Below are positions 50,852 to 60,964 of a DNA stretch of 64,000 bases, piece by piece. Made by a program: the position numbers and the translations under genes. Under the pieces are notes generated by a model. The model made no database searches. It saw only the letters and a program-made list of their open reading frames with translations, and was not told the origin of the DNA. Source of the DNA: Candidatus Latescibacterota bacterium (GTDB taxonomy: Bacteria; Latescibacterota; UBA2968); NCBI GenBank assembly GCA_965204375.1, contig OZ241986.1:1632001-1696000 (forward strand), read 5' to 3'. Position 1 is the stretch's first letter. Every line of letters starts with the position of its first letter.

Positions 50852-51877
50852 ATGAAACGGTTTCTCTTTATTTTTAGTATTGTGCCAATTGTGTGCTTTT
50901 TGGGTGCTTGCACGGGTATTCTTATTTTTAATCGGCCAACGGGGGTGGGAAAGAAAGAGGTCGAGATTCGACATGGAGCAACCGTTAAACAAATCAGCCA
51001 GCAACTCTATCAAAAACGCCTGATCCACAGCCCGCGCCTGCTGCAGTTTCTTGCCCAGCTCAATGGGAGCAGTCGCCGCCTGAAGGCAGGCATTCATCCC
51101 TTCGACGGTCAGATGACGACCTGGGAGGTTTTGCTCGAGTTGGAGCGTTCACGCGATGTCACGCAAAATGTCACGGTTCCCGAGGGTTTAGAAAAAAAAC
51201 AAGTTGCGGCGATCCTATCTGAGAAATTGAATCTCGACCAGAAAAAATTGCTGTTGTTAATGAACAGTTCCGCTTTTTGCAAAACCCTTTCTGTACAGGC
51301 CAAAGATCTGGAAGGCTATTTATTCCCCGAAACCTATAATTTTCCGATAACAGTATCAGAACAACAGGTTCTGCGCAGGATGGTTGAGCATTGTCGTGCT
51401 GTTTTTGATGAAAGGCTTCAGAGACGCGCAGATGAACTCGGAATGAGTATTCACGAAGTGATCACCTTCGCATCTATTATCGAAGGGGAAACCAGTTGGG
51501 ATTCCGAGCGAGATACGATTGCGGCAGTCTATCACAATCGTCTGAAAAAAGGCATGCGTCTGCAAGCCGATCCCACGGTGCAATATGCCCTTCCGGGTGA
51601 ACCTCGGCGGCTATTTTATAAGGATTATGACTACGATTCTCCCTATAATACCTATCGCCATGCAGGACTGCCGCCCGGACCTATTAACAGTCCTGGACGT
51701 GCGTCTATTGAGGCTGCACTTTTTCCAGCGGATGTCAATTATTTTTATTTTGTCGCTACTGGCGAAGGCGGCCATGTCTTTACACATTCTTTGCAAGAGC
51801 ACAAGGCCGCAAAAAAGAGAACCGCTTCTGCACGACAAAACACCTGGCAAAAAAAGAAACTGGTAACAGGGGATTAG
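50852..51877 (+). CDS. mltG: endolytic transglycosylase MltG
   Basis: TVPEG, LEGYLFPETY, ASIIE.E, LQADPTV.Y, SPYNTY...GLPPGPI.SPG. Confidence 0.95.
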   Translation: MKRFLFIFSIVPIVCFLGACTGILIFNRPTGVGKKEVEIRHGATVKQISQQLYQKRLIHSPRLLQFLAQLNGSSRRLKAGIHPFDGQMTTWEVLLELERSRDVTQNVTVPEGLEKKQVAAILSEKLNLDQKKLLLLMNSSAFCKTLSVQAKDLEGYLFPETYNFPITVSEQQVLRRMVEHCRAVFDERLQRRADELGMSIHEVITFASIIEGETSWDSERDTIAAVYHNRLKKGMRLQADPTVQYALPGEPRRLFYKDYDYDSPYNTYRHAGLPPGPINSPGRASIEAALFPADVNYFYFVATGEGGHVFTHSLQEHKAAKKRTASARQNTWQKKKLVTGD

Positions 51878-51903
51878 GGCTTGGGGGTTTTGACAACTGG
51901 CTT

Positions 51904-54075
51904 ATGTCTTCAATTCTCAATGGATTAAATGATGCACAACGCAAAGCTGTACAGGCCGTAGATGGTCCCGTGCTCGTTCTCGCAGGGGCCGGTTCTGGTA
52001 AAACGCGTGTTTTGACGCGGCGCATCGCTTATCTGTTGAGTGAATGCGGTGTTGAGCCGCGCCAGATTCTGGCGATGACTTTTACCAATAAGGCCGCCGG
52101 AGAAATGCGCGAGCGCGTCGAAGACTTGCTTAATCGCTCGTGCCAAACCATGTGGATTGGTACGTTCCACAGTTTATGTGCGCGTCTTTTGCGATCACAG
52201 GCCGAACGCGTGGGACTGAGGTCCAACTTTACGATTTACGATGCAACAGATCAACTCGCGCTTCTGCGACGGGTTATTGCTGATGAGGAACTTTCTGAAC
52301 GCGATTTTCCTGCGCGTTTGATTCGCACGCGGATCAGCCAGGCGAAAAACCAGATGGTGGGAGTCGATGTGTTTGCCCAGCGTGCGAGCACATTTCGGGA
52401 GCAAATAATCGCGCGGGTTTTCCGCCACTATCAGGATGCCCTGAAACAGAATAACGCCGTTGACTTTGATGATTTGTTGACATTGAGCGTGGAGTTGATC
52501 CGCGACCACGAGGATGTGCGCCAAACCTATCAGGCGCAGTTTTCACATATTTTAATCGACGAATATCAGGATACCAATCGTCCACAATACCTTTTTGCGC
52601 GTTATCTGGCTGAGGAGTATCAAAATATATGTGTTGTTGGCGATGACGATCAGAGTATCTATGCGTGGCGTGGCGCAGATATTCGCAATATTCTCGATTT
52701 TGAAGCCGATTATCCCAACGCGCTTGTCGTGCGTCTGGAGCAAAATTACCGTTCCACGCAGGTTATTCTGGATGCCGGCAATGCCCTGATTCGCAACAAT
52801 GCGGGGCGCAAGGGAAAGGAACTGTGGACGGATCGCGCGCGCGGTGAAAAAATCCGTTTAAAAAGATGTGCCGATGAAGCAGAAGAAGCCCGCTGGATCG
52901 CCGGTGTAGCACGAGACTTTAAGCGCGTGCATACCTACCGGAATATGGCGGTGCTCTATCGCACCAATGCACAGTCTCGCGCCCTTGAAGAAGGGTTCAG
53001 ACGCGCCAATATTCCATATCAAATTGTGGGGGATGTGCGATTTTACGAGCGCAAGGAAGTCAAGGATGTACTCGCGTATCTCAAATTGGTGGTCAATTCG
53101 CGCGATTCCATCAGTTTTTGGCGCGTGATTAACACGCCGCGCCGCGGCATTGGGGCGACATCTACAGGGCGGCTCGATGAGTTTGCCATGCGCGAGGGAC
53201 TTGCGCCCTACCAGGCACTTGCACATTTAGACGTTATTGATACAATTCCGAAGCGCACAGCCCACGCGATGCGGCGGTTTTACGACATGATCGAGGGTTT
53301 TCGCCAGGATATGGAAGCGATACCTGCCGATGAACTCGCGGCAAACATTGTCGATGAAACTGGCTATTTGGGCAATTTTGAGAAACTCCTGCCAGAAGAA
53401 CAGATGTCCCGAAGAGCGCATGTCGCGGAATTGTTGACGGATATCCAGATTTTTGTCGAACAATCGGATGATGTCTCTTTAGAGGCGTATTTACGGAAAG
53501 TTTCGCTGGTGACAGATGTGGATCAGTGGGAAAACGCCGCAGATGCGGTCACGCTGATGACTCTGCACAGTGCTAAGGGACTGGAATTTCCCATTGTGTT
53601 TGTTACCGGTCTCGAAGAAGGGCTATTTCCGATTTTGCGCCCTGCTGGCGACGAAGGGAATATGGAAGATGCATTAGAAGAGGAACGCCGTCTTTTTTAT
53701 GTGGGCATTACCCGCGCCCAGGATAGACTCTTTTTGTCCTATGCCATGCGAAGGCAGCGATACGGCGGCGCGGTAAGCTGCTCTGCCTCGCAGTTTTTGT
53801 CCGAAATACCCGAAGACCTGCTCGATGCCGGTTTTAAGATCAGTGAAATCAGCAGTGTTCCACGCCCCAAATCGGGCAGAGAACCCGCCCGGCGGGTCAA
53901 TCCGGGAGAACCGTTTTTAATGGATGTCGGATCGTGGGTCGTGCATCCCGCCTGGGGCCGTGGACAGATTCAAAGCCGCGCGGGATCGGGGCAAACGGCC
54001 AGACTCAAAGTGCGATTCGACGGCGGGGCCGTCAAAACACTCATGGTCAAATTTGCCAATCTTCAGCCGGGATAG
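51904..54075 (+). CDS. pcrA: UvrD/PcrA DNA helicase
   Basis: AGAGSGKT, TFTNKAA, DEYQD, GDDDQSIY, LEQNYRS, H.AKGLEF, EERRLFYV. Confidence 0.95.
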   Translation: MSSILNGLNDAQRKAVQAVDGPVLVLAGAGSGKTRVLTRRIAYLLSECGVEPRQILAMTFTNKAAGEMRERVEDLLNRSCQTMWIGTFHSLCARLLRSQAERVGLRSNFTIYDATDQLALLRRVIADEELSERDFPARLIRTRISQAKNQMVGVDVFAQRASTFREQIIARVFRHYQDALKQNNAVDFDDLLTLSVELIRDHEDVRQTYQAQFSHILIDEYQDTNRPQYLFARYLAEEYQNICVVGDDDQSIYAWRGADIRNILDFEADYPNALVVRLEQNYRSTQVILDAGNALIRNNAGRKGKELWTDRARGEKIRLKRCADEAEEARWIAGVARDFKRVHTYRNMAVLYRTNAQSRALEEGFRRANIPYQIVGDVRFYERKEVKDVLAYLKLVVNSRDSISFWRVINTPRRGIGATSTGRLDEFAMREGLAPYQALAHLDVIDTIPKRTAHAMRRFYDMIEGFRQDMEAIPADELAANIVDETGYLGNFEKLLPEEQMSRRAHVAELLTDIQIFVEQSDDVSLEAYLRKVSLVTDVDQWENAADAVTLMTLHSAKGLEFPIVFVTGLEEGLFPILRPAGDEGNMEDALEEERRLFYVGITRAQDRLFLSYAMRRQRYGGAVSCSASQFLSEIPEDLLDAGFKISEISSVPRPKSGREPARRVNPGEPFLMDVGSWVVHPAWGRGQIQSRAGSGQTARLKVRFDGGAVKTLMVKFANLQPG

Positions 54076-54083
54076 GATTTCCT

Positions 54084-54371
54084 ATGCCTGTTTCAAAAGA
54101 TGATGTCCAAAAAGTGGCGCAACTTGCGCGCCTGGATTTCGCGCCGGAAGAAGAGGCGCAGCTAATCGAAGACTTAAACCGCATGCTCGAATACGTTGCG
54201 GCACTTGATCAACTCGATACAACAGAGGTAGCCCCGACAGCGCATGTACTCCCCCTGGAAAATGCGTTTCGGGACGATGTCATGGGACAGTCATTGGATC
54301 GGTCAGATGCGCTGGCGAATGCCCCGCTTTCCGGACAAGGCCACTTTCGCGTCCCCAGAGTAATTGAATAA
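54084..54371 (+). CDS. gatC: Asp/Glu-tRNA amidotransferase subunit C
   Basis: DV.KVA.LARL, V.PT.H, R.D, NAP...F.VPRVIE. Confidence 0.93.
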   Translation: MPVSKDDVQKVAQLARLDFAPEEEAQLIEDLNRMLEYVAALDQLDTTEVAPTAHVLPLENAFRDDVMGQSLDRSDALANAPLSGQGHFRVPRVIE

Positions 54372-54380
54372 GCACAAGTC

Positions 54381-54410
54381 TCGGCGGTAAACTTCCGCCG
54401 ATTTTCTTTT
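54381..54410 (+). terminator. intrinsic terminator between gatC and pyrG
   Basis: TCGGCGG-TAAACTT-CCGCCGA then TTTTCTTTT. Confidence 0.7.
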
Positions 54411-54434
54411 GTCGAACACAGATGGAGGCACATT

Positions 54435-56216
54435 GTGAAAAAACATGATCGCGAGCCAAAATACATCGTGGTTGCCGGGGGGGTGATCAGTGGCGTGGGG
54501 AAAGGACTCGCCACGGCTTCTATCGGTAAAATTTTGCAGTATTACGGCTATAAAACCACAGCCATAAAAATTGATCCCTATTTGAATTACGATGCCGGGA
54601 CACTCAGGCCCACAGAACACGGCGAGGTGTGGGTCACGGATGACGGGGGCGAGATCGACCTCGATCTGGGCAACTATGAGCGGTTTCTCGGCCTGGATTT
54701 GCCCCGCACAAACAATCTTACAACCGGGCAAATCTACCACGCGGTTATCGAGCGCGAGAGGCGGGGCGAATATCTCGGACAGACCGTTCAGCCGATCCCA
54801 CATATTACTGACGAGATCAAGGATCGGGTGCAGCAGGCTGCACAGGGGTCCGATATCGCGCTGGTCGAAATTGGCGGCACCATTGGCGACGATGAAAATA
54901 TCCCATTTTTCTTTGCAATGAAGGGCCTGGAGCGGGAAATTGGCGAGGCCAATATTATGTATGTGCTGGTTAGCTATTTGCCCGTGCCCGATCATATCAA
55001 CGAGATGAAGACCAAACCCACGCAACACGCAGTCAAACTACTCAGCGGGCATGGCATGGTACCCGACTTTATTATTTGCCGCGCCACGCGACCGGTGGAT
55101 GAGGTGCGAAAACGCAAAATTGAGGTTTCTGCCAATATCCCAAAAGATCGCATTATTTCCGCGCCAGATTTGGATATTGTGTATCAAGTTCCGATCCATT
55201 ATGAAAGCGAGCAGGTCGGTGTTAAAATGCTCGCACATCTGGGGCTAAAACCCAAAAAAGAACCCGATTGGACGCGGTGGACGCATTTGGTGCAGAAGAT
55301 TCGTCGGCCTTCACAGACGGTTAAAGTGGCGATGGTTGGAAAATACGTCGAGATTGGCGATTACGAATTTACAGATTCGTACATTTCAGTGAACCAATCT
55401 CTCGAACACGCCGGTGCCAATTTAGACACGCGCATCGACATTTCCTGGATTGATTCGGCCAGCCTCGAAATGGGAGGGGGCGAAGATGTGCTTGGAGAAT
55501 TTGATGGCATTATTGTACCTGGTGCCTTTGGTGAAGGAGGAGCCGAAGGCGTGATTGAGGCCATTCGCTATGCGCGTGAAAATGGCCTGCCATTTCTCGG
55601 GCTGTGTTATGGACTTCAGATGGCCATTGTTGAATATGCGCGAAACGTGGTAGGATTGGAAGATGCCAATTCGGCTGAAAATGATCCCGACACGCCCCAT
55701 GCTGTGATCGATATTCAGATGAGCCAACGAGAAATTATTGAAGAAAGTCGTTTTGGCGGTACGATGCGTCTGGGGGGATATGTGGCTGTACTCCGCCGAG
55801 AGAGCGTCGTACTCGATCTGTATGAGCGCACGGGGCGCCTGGAGGAAGATGCATGGCGCATCGATCAACTGAGCAAGAATCCGGCTGAGGCTTTCCGCCT
55901 GGGTGTTCTTCTCGAAAGCGAGCGCTGTGTGATTGAACGCCATCGCCATCGCTATGAAGTATCGCCCAAATTCGTCGATTTGCTCGATGAATTTGGCCTG
56001 ATTTTTTCCGGGTATCACCGCCGAGAGGACGGCACCAAACTCATGGAATTTATAGAGTTACCTGATCATCCATTTTTTGTGGCTACGCAAGCCCATCCCG
56101 AATTTAAGTCGCGCCTCGAACAGCCCGCCCCTTTGTTTTACGGTTTTGTAGAATCTGTTGTCGCTCATACACAGGAACGAGTTGGTGATACATCGGTTTC
56201 TAAAAAAAGCGTCTGA
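54435..56216 (+). CDS. pyrG: CTP synthase
   Basis: GGVISGVGKG, DPYLN.D.GT, KTKPTQH, GLCYG.Q, ERHRHRYE, Q.HPEF. Confidence 0.97.
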   Translation: MKKHDREPKYIVVAGGVISGVGKGLATASIGKILQYYGYKTTAIKIDPYLNYDAGTLRPTEHGEVWVTDDGGEIDLDLGNYERFLGLDLPRTNNLTTGQIYHAVIERERRGEYLGQTVQPIPHITDEIKDRVQQAAQGSDIALVEIGGTIGDDENIPFFFAMKGLEREIGEANIMYVLVSYLPVPDHINEMKTKPTQHAVKLLSGHGMVPDFIICRATRPVDEVRKRKIEVSANIPKDRIISAPDLDIVYQVPIHYESEQVGVKMLAHLGLKPKKEPDWTRWTHLVQKIRRPSQTVKVAMVGKYVEIGDYEFTDSYISVNQSLEHAGANLDTRIDISWIDSASLEMGGGEDVLGEFDGIIVPGAFGEGGAEGVIEAIRYARENGLPFLGLCYGLQMAIVEYARNVVGLEDANSAENDPDTPHAVIDIQMSQREIIEESRFGGTMRLGGYVAVLRRESVVLDLYERTGRLEEDAWRIDQLSKNPAEAFRLGVLLESERCVIERHRHRYEVSPKFVDLLDEFGLIFSGYHRREDGTKLMEFIELPDHPFFVATQAHPEFKSRLEQPAPLFYGFVESVVAHTQERVGDTSVSKKSV

Positions 56217-56721
56217 GGTTCTGTTGTGTACCCTGTGCGCCTGCGCTCCTGCTGACCGGGTAGAGCAAGCTGTGGAAGAAACACTGGTTAACCGAGAAAT
56301 GTGGCACTGGTCCACGCGGATTACAGATCGTGGCAAATCCCGAGCACAGGTTCAGGCTGGCTCTTTTCAACAGGTGTCGGAAGATGAACCCGCTCGTTTT
56401 TCCGATGGTGTTCGGGTTGTATTTTTTAATGCTCAGGGCGATACAGTTTCCACGCTGAGTGCTGAAAGAGGCGAAATTAACGCATCGGGCGACGATATGA
56501 AAGTATTTGGGTCTGTCGTTGTCGTGGCACGAGACCGCACGCAGTTGCAAACGGATTCGCTCCGCTGGCAGCGCGATGAGGATCGCATTATGGGCGAGGG
56601 CTATGTGACGATTTCTCGGCCCGATGGCACAGAGACGGGGGTGGGTTTTAATGCTTCGTCAGATCTGAAACAGTGGACACTTTTGTTTGTAAATACGCAG
56701 ATGAGACGCAAGAAGCCGTGA
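56158..56721 (+). CDS. lptC: LPS export protein LptC
   Basis: Beta-jellyroll pattern (L.A..G, L.TD.L.W, G.GF); lies before lptA-like and lptB; start uncertain. Confidence 0.8.
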   Translation: MSLIHRNELVIHRFLKKASEVLLCTLCACAPADRVEQAVEETLVNREMWHWSTRITDRGKSRAQVQAGSFQQVSEDEPARFSDGVRVVFFNAQGDTVSTLSAERGEINASGDDMKVFGSVVVVARDRTQLQTDSLRWQRDEDRIMGEGYVTISRPDGTETGVGFNASSDLKQWTLLFVNTQMRRKKP

Positions 56722-58031
56722 AAAATATCAGACATTATTTTATTTTTCGAACAGAACTCCGGGGCTTTCTCGGAGTTCTGCTTATATGCACCTGCTCGGG
56801 AGTAAATGCCGAGCAGAAGCTCAGTGCAGATTGGGTGAAAACGCTGCTCTTGAACGACCAGACGCAGCGCAATTACCGCGGGAGCGTGGTGTATGAAGAC
56901 AGCTTGCGCCAACTCACGGTAAAAGCCGATTCTGCACATGTACGCGTTGGAGATGCGATTTATCTTTTTGTACATCAAGTGAGTTACAAAGACACGGTGA
57001 GGGAAATTCGCGCTGATACACTCGTGTTTCAAGACCGCGAAGACCGCGCGACATTTCGGGGACACGTCTTTCTAAGCGATGACCAGCGCACGCTTGAGGC
57101 GCATATCGTGCAATTTTTAAGCAAAGAAGACTCGCTTATTGCCGAGGGTGATGTCATCCTTCTGTTGCCCGAAGGCCGAAGTCTGCGCGCTTCCCAATTG
57201 CGCTACGATTTGATCCGCGAGCGCGGAAATCTGCAGGGCCAGACACAGTTACAGGTAGTAGGAGAATACGGCGATACCCTCGAGGCTCAGTCCGATTCCA
57301 TTGCCTTTGTCAATCGCGGGCAAGAGCTCTTGCTCAATGGCAACCTCATCTTGCGTCAGGGACACACGCGCGGCAAAGCTATGTCTGGCGCGTATGCGGA
57401 TTCTGCAATCGTCCTTTCTGGGAGGCCCTTGATGACCTGGACCAATCCCAGCAGGCGAGATTCCGTTTCGGCACAGGGCACAAAAATTCTTATGGATGTG
57501 TCTGATCAGATCATCAATGCGATGGTGCTTTCAGATAGCACACGCATCCATGCTATGGCTTTTGCCAATGGTCATGCACAAAAAATACGCTCAGATTCTG
57601 CTCGGATTGTCTTTCGTGATGAGACCCCACAGCGCATGCACGCCTGGGGAAATGTGATACTCAATCTGAGCGAGCGGGATACGTCGCGGGCGGTGCTGTC
57701 TGGCGACGATCTCAAAGTGTCCTATAGAGATGGGAAATTGGATAGTTTGACGCTGTCTGGTGACTGTATCGGTTCTTATATTGCCCAGGACAGCCTATCG
57801 GAAAGCCACCTGAGGGGCAAAAAATTTGTATTGTGGTTTTCCAACAGTGAGTTAGTCCAGATGGCGATTTCCGATGAAGCACATTGCACGCGGATTATGC
57901 GAGATAACGACGATGTGACGGTTTCTGGGGATTATCTCCTTTTGAAATTTACTCCCGGTCAGTTGTCATCTATCCGAGCTGAAGGGGCTGTGCGAGGGCA
58001 CTATACCGCTGAGTTGGAGGATGCGCCGTGA
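56718..58031 (+). CDS. OstA/LptA-like multi-repeat periplasmic protein
   Basis: Repeated AD.L/G.V beta-jellyroll units; between lptC and lptB. Confidence 0.75.
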   Translation: MKNIRHYFIFRTELRGFLGVLLICTCSGVNAEQKLSADWVKTLLLNDQTQRNYRGSVVYEDSLRQLTVKADSAHVRVGDAIYLFVHQVSYKDTVREIRADTLVFQDREDRATFRGHVFLSDDQRTLEAHIVQFLSKEDSLIAEGDVILLLPEGRSLRASQLRYDLIRERGNLQGQTQLQVVGEYGDTLEAQSDSIAFVNRGQELLLNGNLILRQGHTRGKAMSGAYADSAIVLSGRPLMTWTNPSRRDSVSAQGTKILMDVSDQIINAMVLSDSTRIHAMAFANGHAQKIRSDSARIVFRDETPQRMHAWGNVILNLSERDTSRAVLSGDDLKVSYRDGKLDSLTLSGDCIGSYIAQDSLSESHLRGKKFVLWFSNSELVQMAISDEAHCTRIMRDNDDVTVSGDYLLLKFTPGQLSSIRAEGAVRGHYTAELEDAP

Positions 58032-58753
58032 ACCTGAGAGCCGAGGGATTGGTCAAAAAATACGCACGGCGCCTGGTTGTCAATCAGGTCAACTTAATTG
58101 TCAATCCCGGTGAAATTGTCGGCCTATTAGGGCCTAATGGCGCGGGAAAAACCACCTGTTTTTACCTCATTGTCGGCGCAATTTCGTCAAATGCCGGACA
58201 CATTTTTTTAGGTGATCGAGACATCACTGCATTGCCCATGTATCGCCGCGCACGCCTGGGCATTGGTTATTTGGCACAGGAATCAACTGTTTTTAGGAAG
58301 ATGTCCGTGTTGGAAAATGTACTGTCCGTGCTCGAATACGAGAAAATAGGTAAGGCAGAACGGTTAGACCGCGCCCACAAGGTATTGGAAGATCTGGGAG
58401 TGGGACATTTATCGCACCAACGCGCAGATAGTTTGTCGGGCGGCGAAACACGCCGACTGGAAATCGCGCGGGCACTCTCTCGAGAACCGCTTTTTATGCT
58501 GCTTGACGAGCCTTTTGCCGGCGTGGATCCGCGTGCGGTTGAAGATATTCAGAATATTATTGCCGAACTGAAACGCCTGAATATAGGCGTTTTGATTACT
58601 GATCACAATGTGCGAGAAACTCTGGCGATTACAGATCGCTCCTATTTGCTCTCCGAAGGGAAAATTCTCCTATCAGGTACATCCCAGGCATTGGCAGCAA
58701 GCGACGAAGCGCGTCGCATTTATCTGGGTGACCGGTTTCGCCTCGATTCGTGA
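58028..58753 (+). CDS. lptB: LPS export ABC ATPase
   Basis: GPNGAGKTT, GYLAQE, LSGGE, LDEPFAGVDP, ITDHNVRETL. Confidence 0.96.
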   Translation: MNLRAEGLVKKYARRLVVNQVNLIVNPGEIVGLLGPNGAGKTTCFYLIVGAISSNAGHIFLGDRDITALPMYRRARLGIGYLAQESTVFRKMSVLENVLSVLEYEKIGKAERLDRAHKVLEDLGVGHLSHQRADSLSGGETRRLEIARALSREPLFMLLDEPFAGVDPRAVEDIQNIIAELKRLNIGVLITDHNVRETLAITDRSYLLSEGKILLSGTSQALAASDEARRIYLGDRFRLDS

Positions 58754-58843
58754 CAAATTGGGAAAAAGGTTTACAATCCTCTCCGTTATGTGTTATTATT
58801 TAAAGTTAAATTTTCTCTTTATTGAATACTGATGAGGACAGGA

Positions 58844-59398
58844 ATGAAACATGTAACAATGGCAGAACTGGAAGCGGGATTAGAAGATATTCGCCAGTCT
58901 CCCACAGATGCGGGTGTGTTAGCATTGATTGTGCGACGGCCGCAGGTTGAGGCGCGGGAGGTTCTGGAAGTGGGCGAACTCGATCTGTTTGAAGGACTCG
59001 TGGGCGACAACTGGAAAACGCGCGGCAGTTCTCAAACCGCAGACGGGTCAGCTCATCCAGACATGCAACTCAACATCATGAACGCCCGCGTGATTGCCCT
59101 GTTGGCGCAGAAAAAGGAGCGTTGGGCACTGGCGGGGGATCAGTTGTATATGGATCTCGATTTAAGCGCAGAGAATGTGCCACCGGGTACCAGACTAAGT
59201 CTGGGGGAAGCGGTGATCGAGGTGACAGATCAACCTCACACGGGCTGTAAAAAATTTGCGGCGCGTTTTGGGTTGGACGCGCTGAAATTTATCAGTTCTC
59301 CCGTGGGAAAACAGCTTCAGTTGCGCGGAATCAATGCAAAGGTCATTCGCTCTGGCGCGATACGGATTGGTGATACTGTGAAGAAAGTTAAACTATGA
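58844..59398 (+). CDS. MOSC domain protein
   Basis: GL.GD.W, AGDQLY, PHTGC.KF..RFG, RGINA.V...G.I..GD. Confidence 0.85.
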   Translation: MKHVTMAELEAGLEDIRQSPTDAGVLALIVRRPQVEAREVLEVGELDLFEGLVGDNWKTRGSSQTADGSAHPDMQLNIMNARVIALLAQKKERWALAGDQLYMDLDLSAENVPPGTRLSLGEAVIEVTDQPHTGCKKFAARFGLDALKFISSPVGKQLQLRGINAKVIRSGAIRIGDTVKKVKL

Positions 59399-60897
59399 TT
59401 GGTCTTGATCATACACAATCTCAGATGCTCCAGCAAAAACTGGCGCCGCAGCTTATCCAATCTTTGCACTTGCTCCAAATGCCAACTCTGGAATTAGCGG
59501 AGTTAATTCGACAAGAATTGGAGATCAATCCGCTTCTGGAGATTGATGAAGATGCTGCTCTGGATTTGGAACAAGAAGAACCTGAATCCGAACAGGACGA
59601 CGAGACCGAGAACGAAGACCAGGATGAGGAACCCGTTGAGGAATTGGAATTTGAAGAAGCGGATTTAAACACAATCGATACAGACATATTCGATGAGCAT
59701 GACTGGGACCACTACTTAAATGAATCCGGGTATGCCAGCCCGCGTGAAGAATTTGAATCCAATACCGAAGACTGGCACACCGACAGCACCACCCAGAAAA
59801 CGCTTCGAGATTCACTTTTAGAACAGGTGGCAGTTACGGATCTTTCACCGAGTGAACGCATCATCGCCGAATACTTAATTTGCAATATTGACGAAGACGG
59901 ATTTCTGGGATGTTCGACAGGAGAAGTGGCTGATGAGCTTGGGGTCAATTGTGATAACGTGGAACGCATTTTGGGCATTATCCAGACATTTGATCCAGTA
60001 GGTGTTGGTGCACGAAACCTTCAAGAGTGTTTGTTGATTCAGTTAAAAGAAAAAAATATCACAAACGGTTTGGTTGCAAAGGTGGTACGCGATCACCTCG
60101 ACGACTGGATTAACCGGCGGTTTGGACTGATCAGTCAGGCACTCGACACAAGTATTGATGATATGCGCGATGATATGCGCGTTGTCGAAGAAGTACTCGC
60201 ATCGCTCAATCCCAAACCCAATATTGAATCCGAACCCGCATTGAATCTCAATCACGTCATTCCCGATCTCGAAGTCCAAAAGGTCGGTGACGAGTACGTC
60301 GTTTCCCTGACTGATCGCACGCTGCCCGAATTGCGTGTCAGTCCAGTTTATCGCACTTTGCTCAGACAATCTGACAAATCTGGGCGAGGTGACCCAAAAT
60401 TGCGAGAGACCAAAAAATTTGTCGTTGAAAAACTCAATTCTGCGCGCTGGTTTATCAATGCGATTCACCAAAGACGCGCAACCATGTTAACGGTCATGCG
60501 ATGTATTGTCGAAAATCAGATTGATTTTTTTGACCGAGGTCCTGGTTTTCTCAAACCGATGGTACTTCAAGAAGTAGCTGATATGGTGCAGATGCACATT
60601 TCGACCATCAGCCGTGTGAGCAATGGCAAATACGTGCAAACATCGCATGGCGTTTATGAGTTGAAATATTTTTTTGATGGAGGATTGAGTCGATACGATG
60701 ACGACGATATATCTGCCAGAAGTGTAAAAGAAAAAATTGCAATGCTCATTCATGATGAAGACGTACAGAATCCGTTGAGCGATCAACATATATCAGATAT
60801 GCTAAGAGAAGAAGGCATTAATATCGCGCGGCGCACAGTAGCCAAATATCGAGATCAACTCAATATTAGCTCTGCGCGACTTCGGAAGGCGCTTTAG
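59395..60897 (+). CDS. rpoN: RNA polymerase sigma-54 factor
   Basis: Q-rich N-terminus, P.GVGAR.L.ECL, H.STISR, ARRTVAKYR RpoN box. Confidence 0.97.
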   Translation: MIGLDHTQSQMLQQKLAPQLIQSLHLLQMPTLELAELIRQELEINPLLEIDEDAALDLEQEEPESEQDDETENEDQDEEPVEELEFEEADLNTIDTDIFDEHDWDHYLNESGYASPREEFESNTEDWHTDSTTQKTLRDSLLEQVAVTDLSPSERIIAEYLICNIDEDGFLGCSTGEVADELGVNCDNVERILGIIQTFDPVGVGARNLQECLLIQLKEKNITNGLVAKVVRDHLDDWINRRFGLISQALDTSIDDMRDDMRVVEEVLASLNPKPNIESEPALNLNHVIPDLEVQKVGDEYVVSLTDRTLPELRVSPVYRTLLRQSDKSGRGDPKLRETKKFVVEKLNSARWFINAIHQRRATMLTVMRCIVENQIDFFDRGPGFLKPMVLQEVADMVQMHISTISRVSNGKYVQTSHGVYELKYFFDGGLSRYDDDDISARSVKEKIAMLIHDEDVQNPLSDQHISDMLREEGINIARRTVAKYRDQLNISSARLRKAL

Positions 60898-60964
60898 AAC
60901 GAATTAGCAAATCTACGATAGTAGTTAGGTGATAGGGCGGGGTTCGTCTATTCGTCTATTCGCT
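60898..60964 (-). repeat. REP-like copy C
   Basis: Reverse complement reads GCGAATAGACGAATAGACGAACCCCGCCCTATCACCTAA, matching copies A and B. Confidence 0.7.

Noticed and set aside
54084-54371. gatC without adjacent gatA/gatB as a novelty
   Set aside because: Split gat genes are common in many lineages
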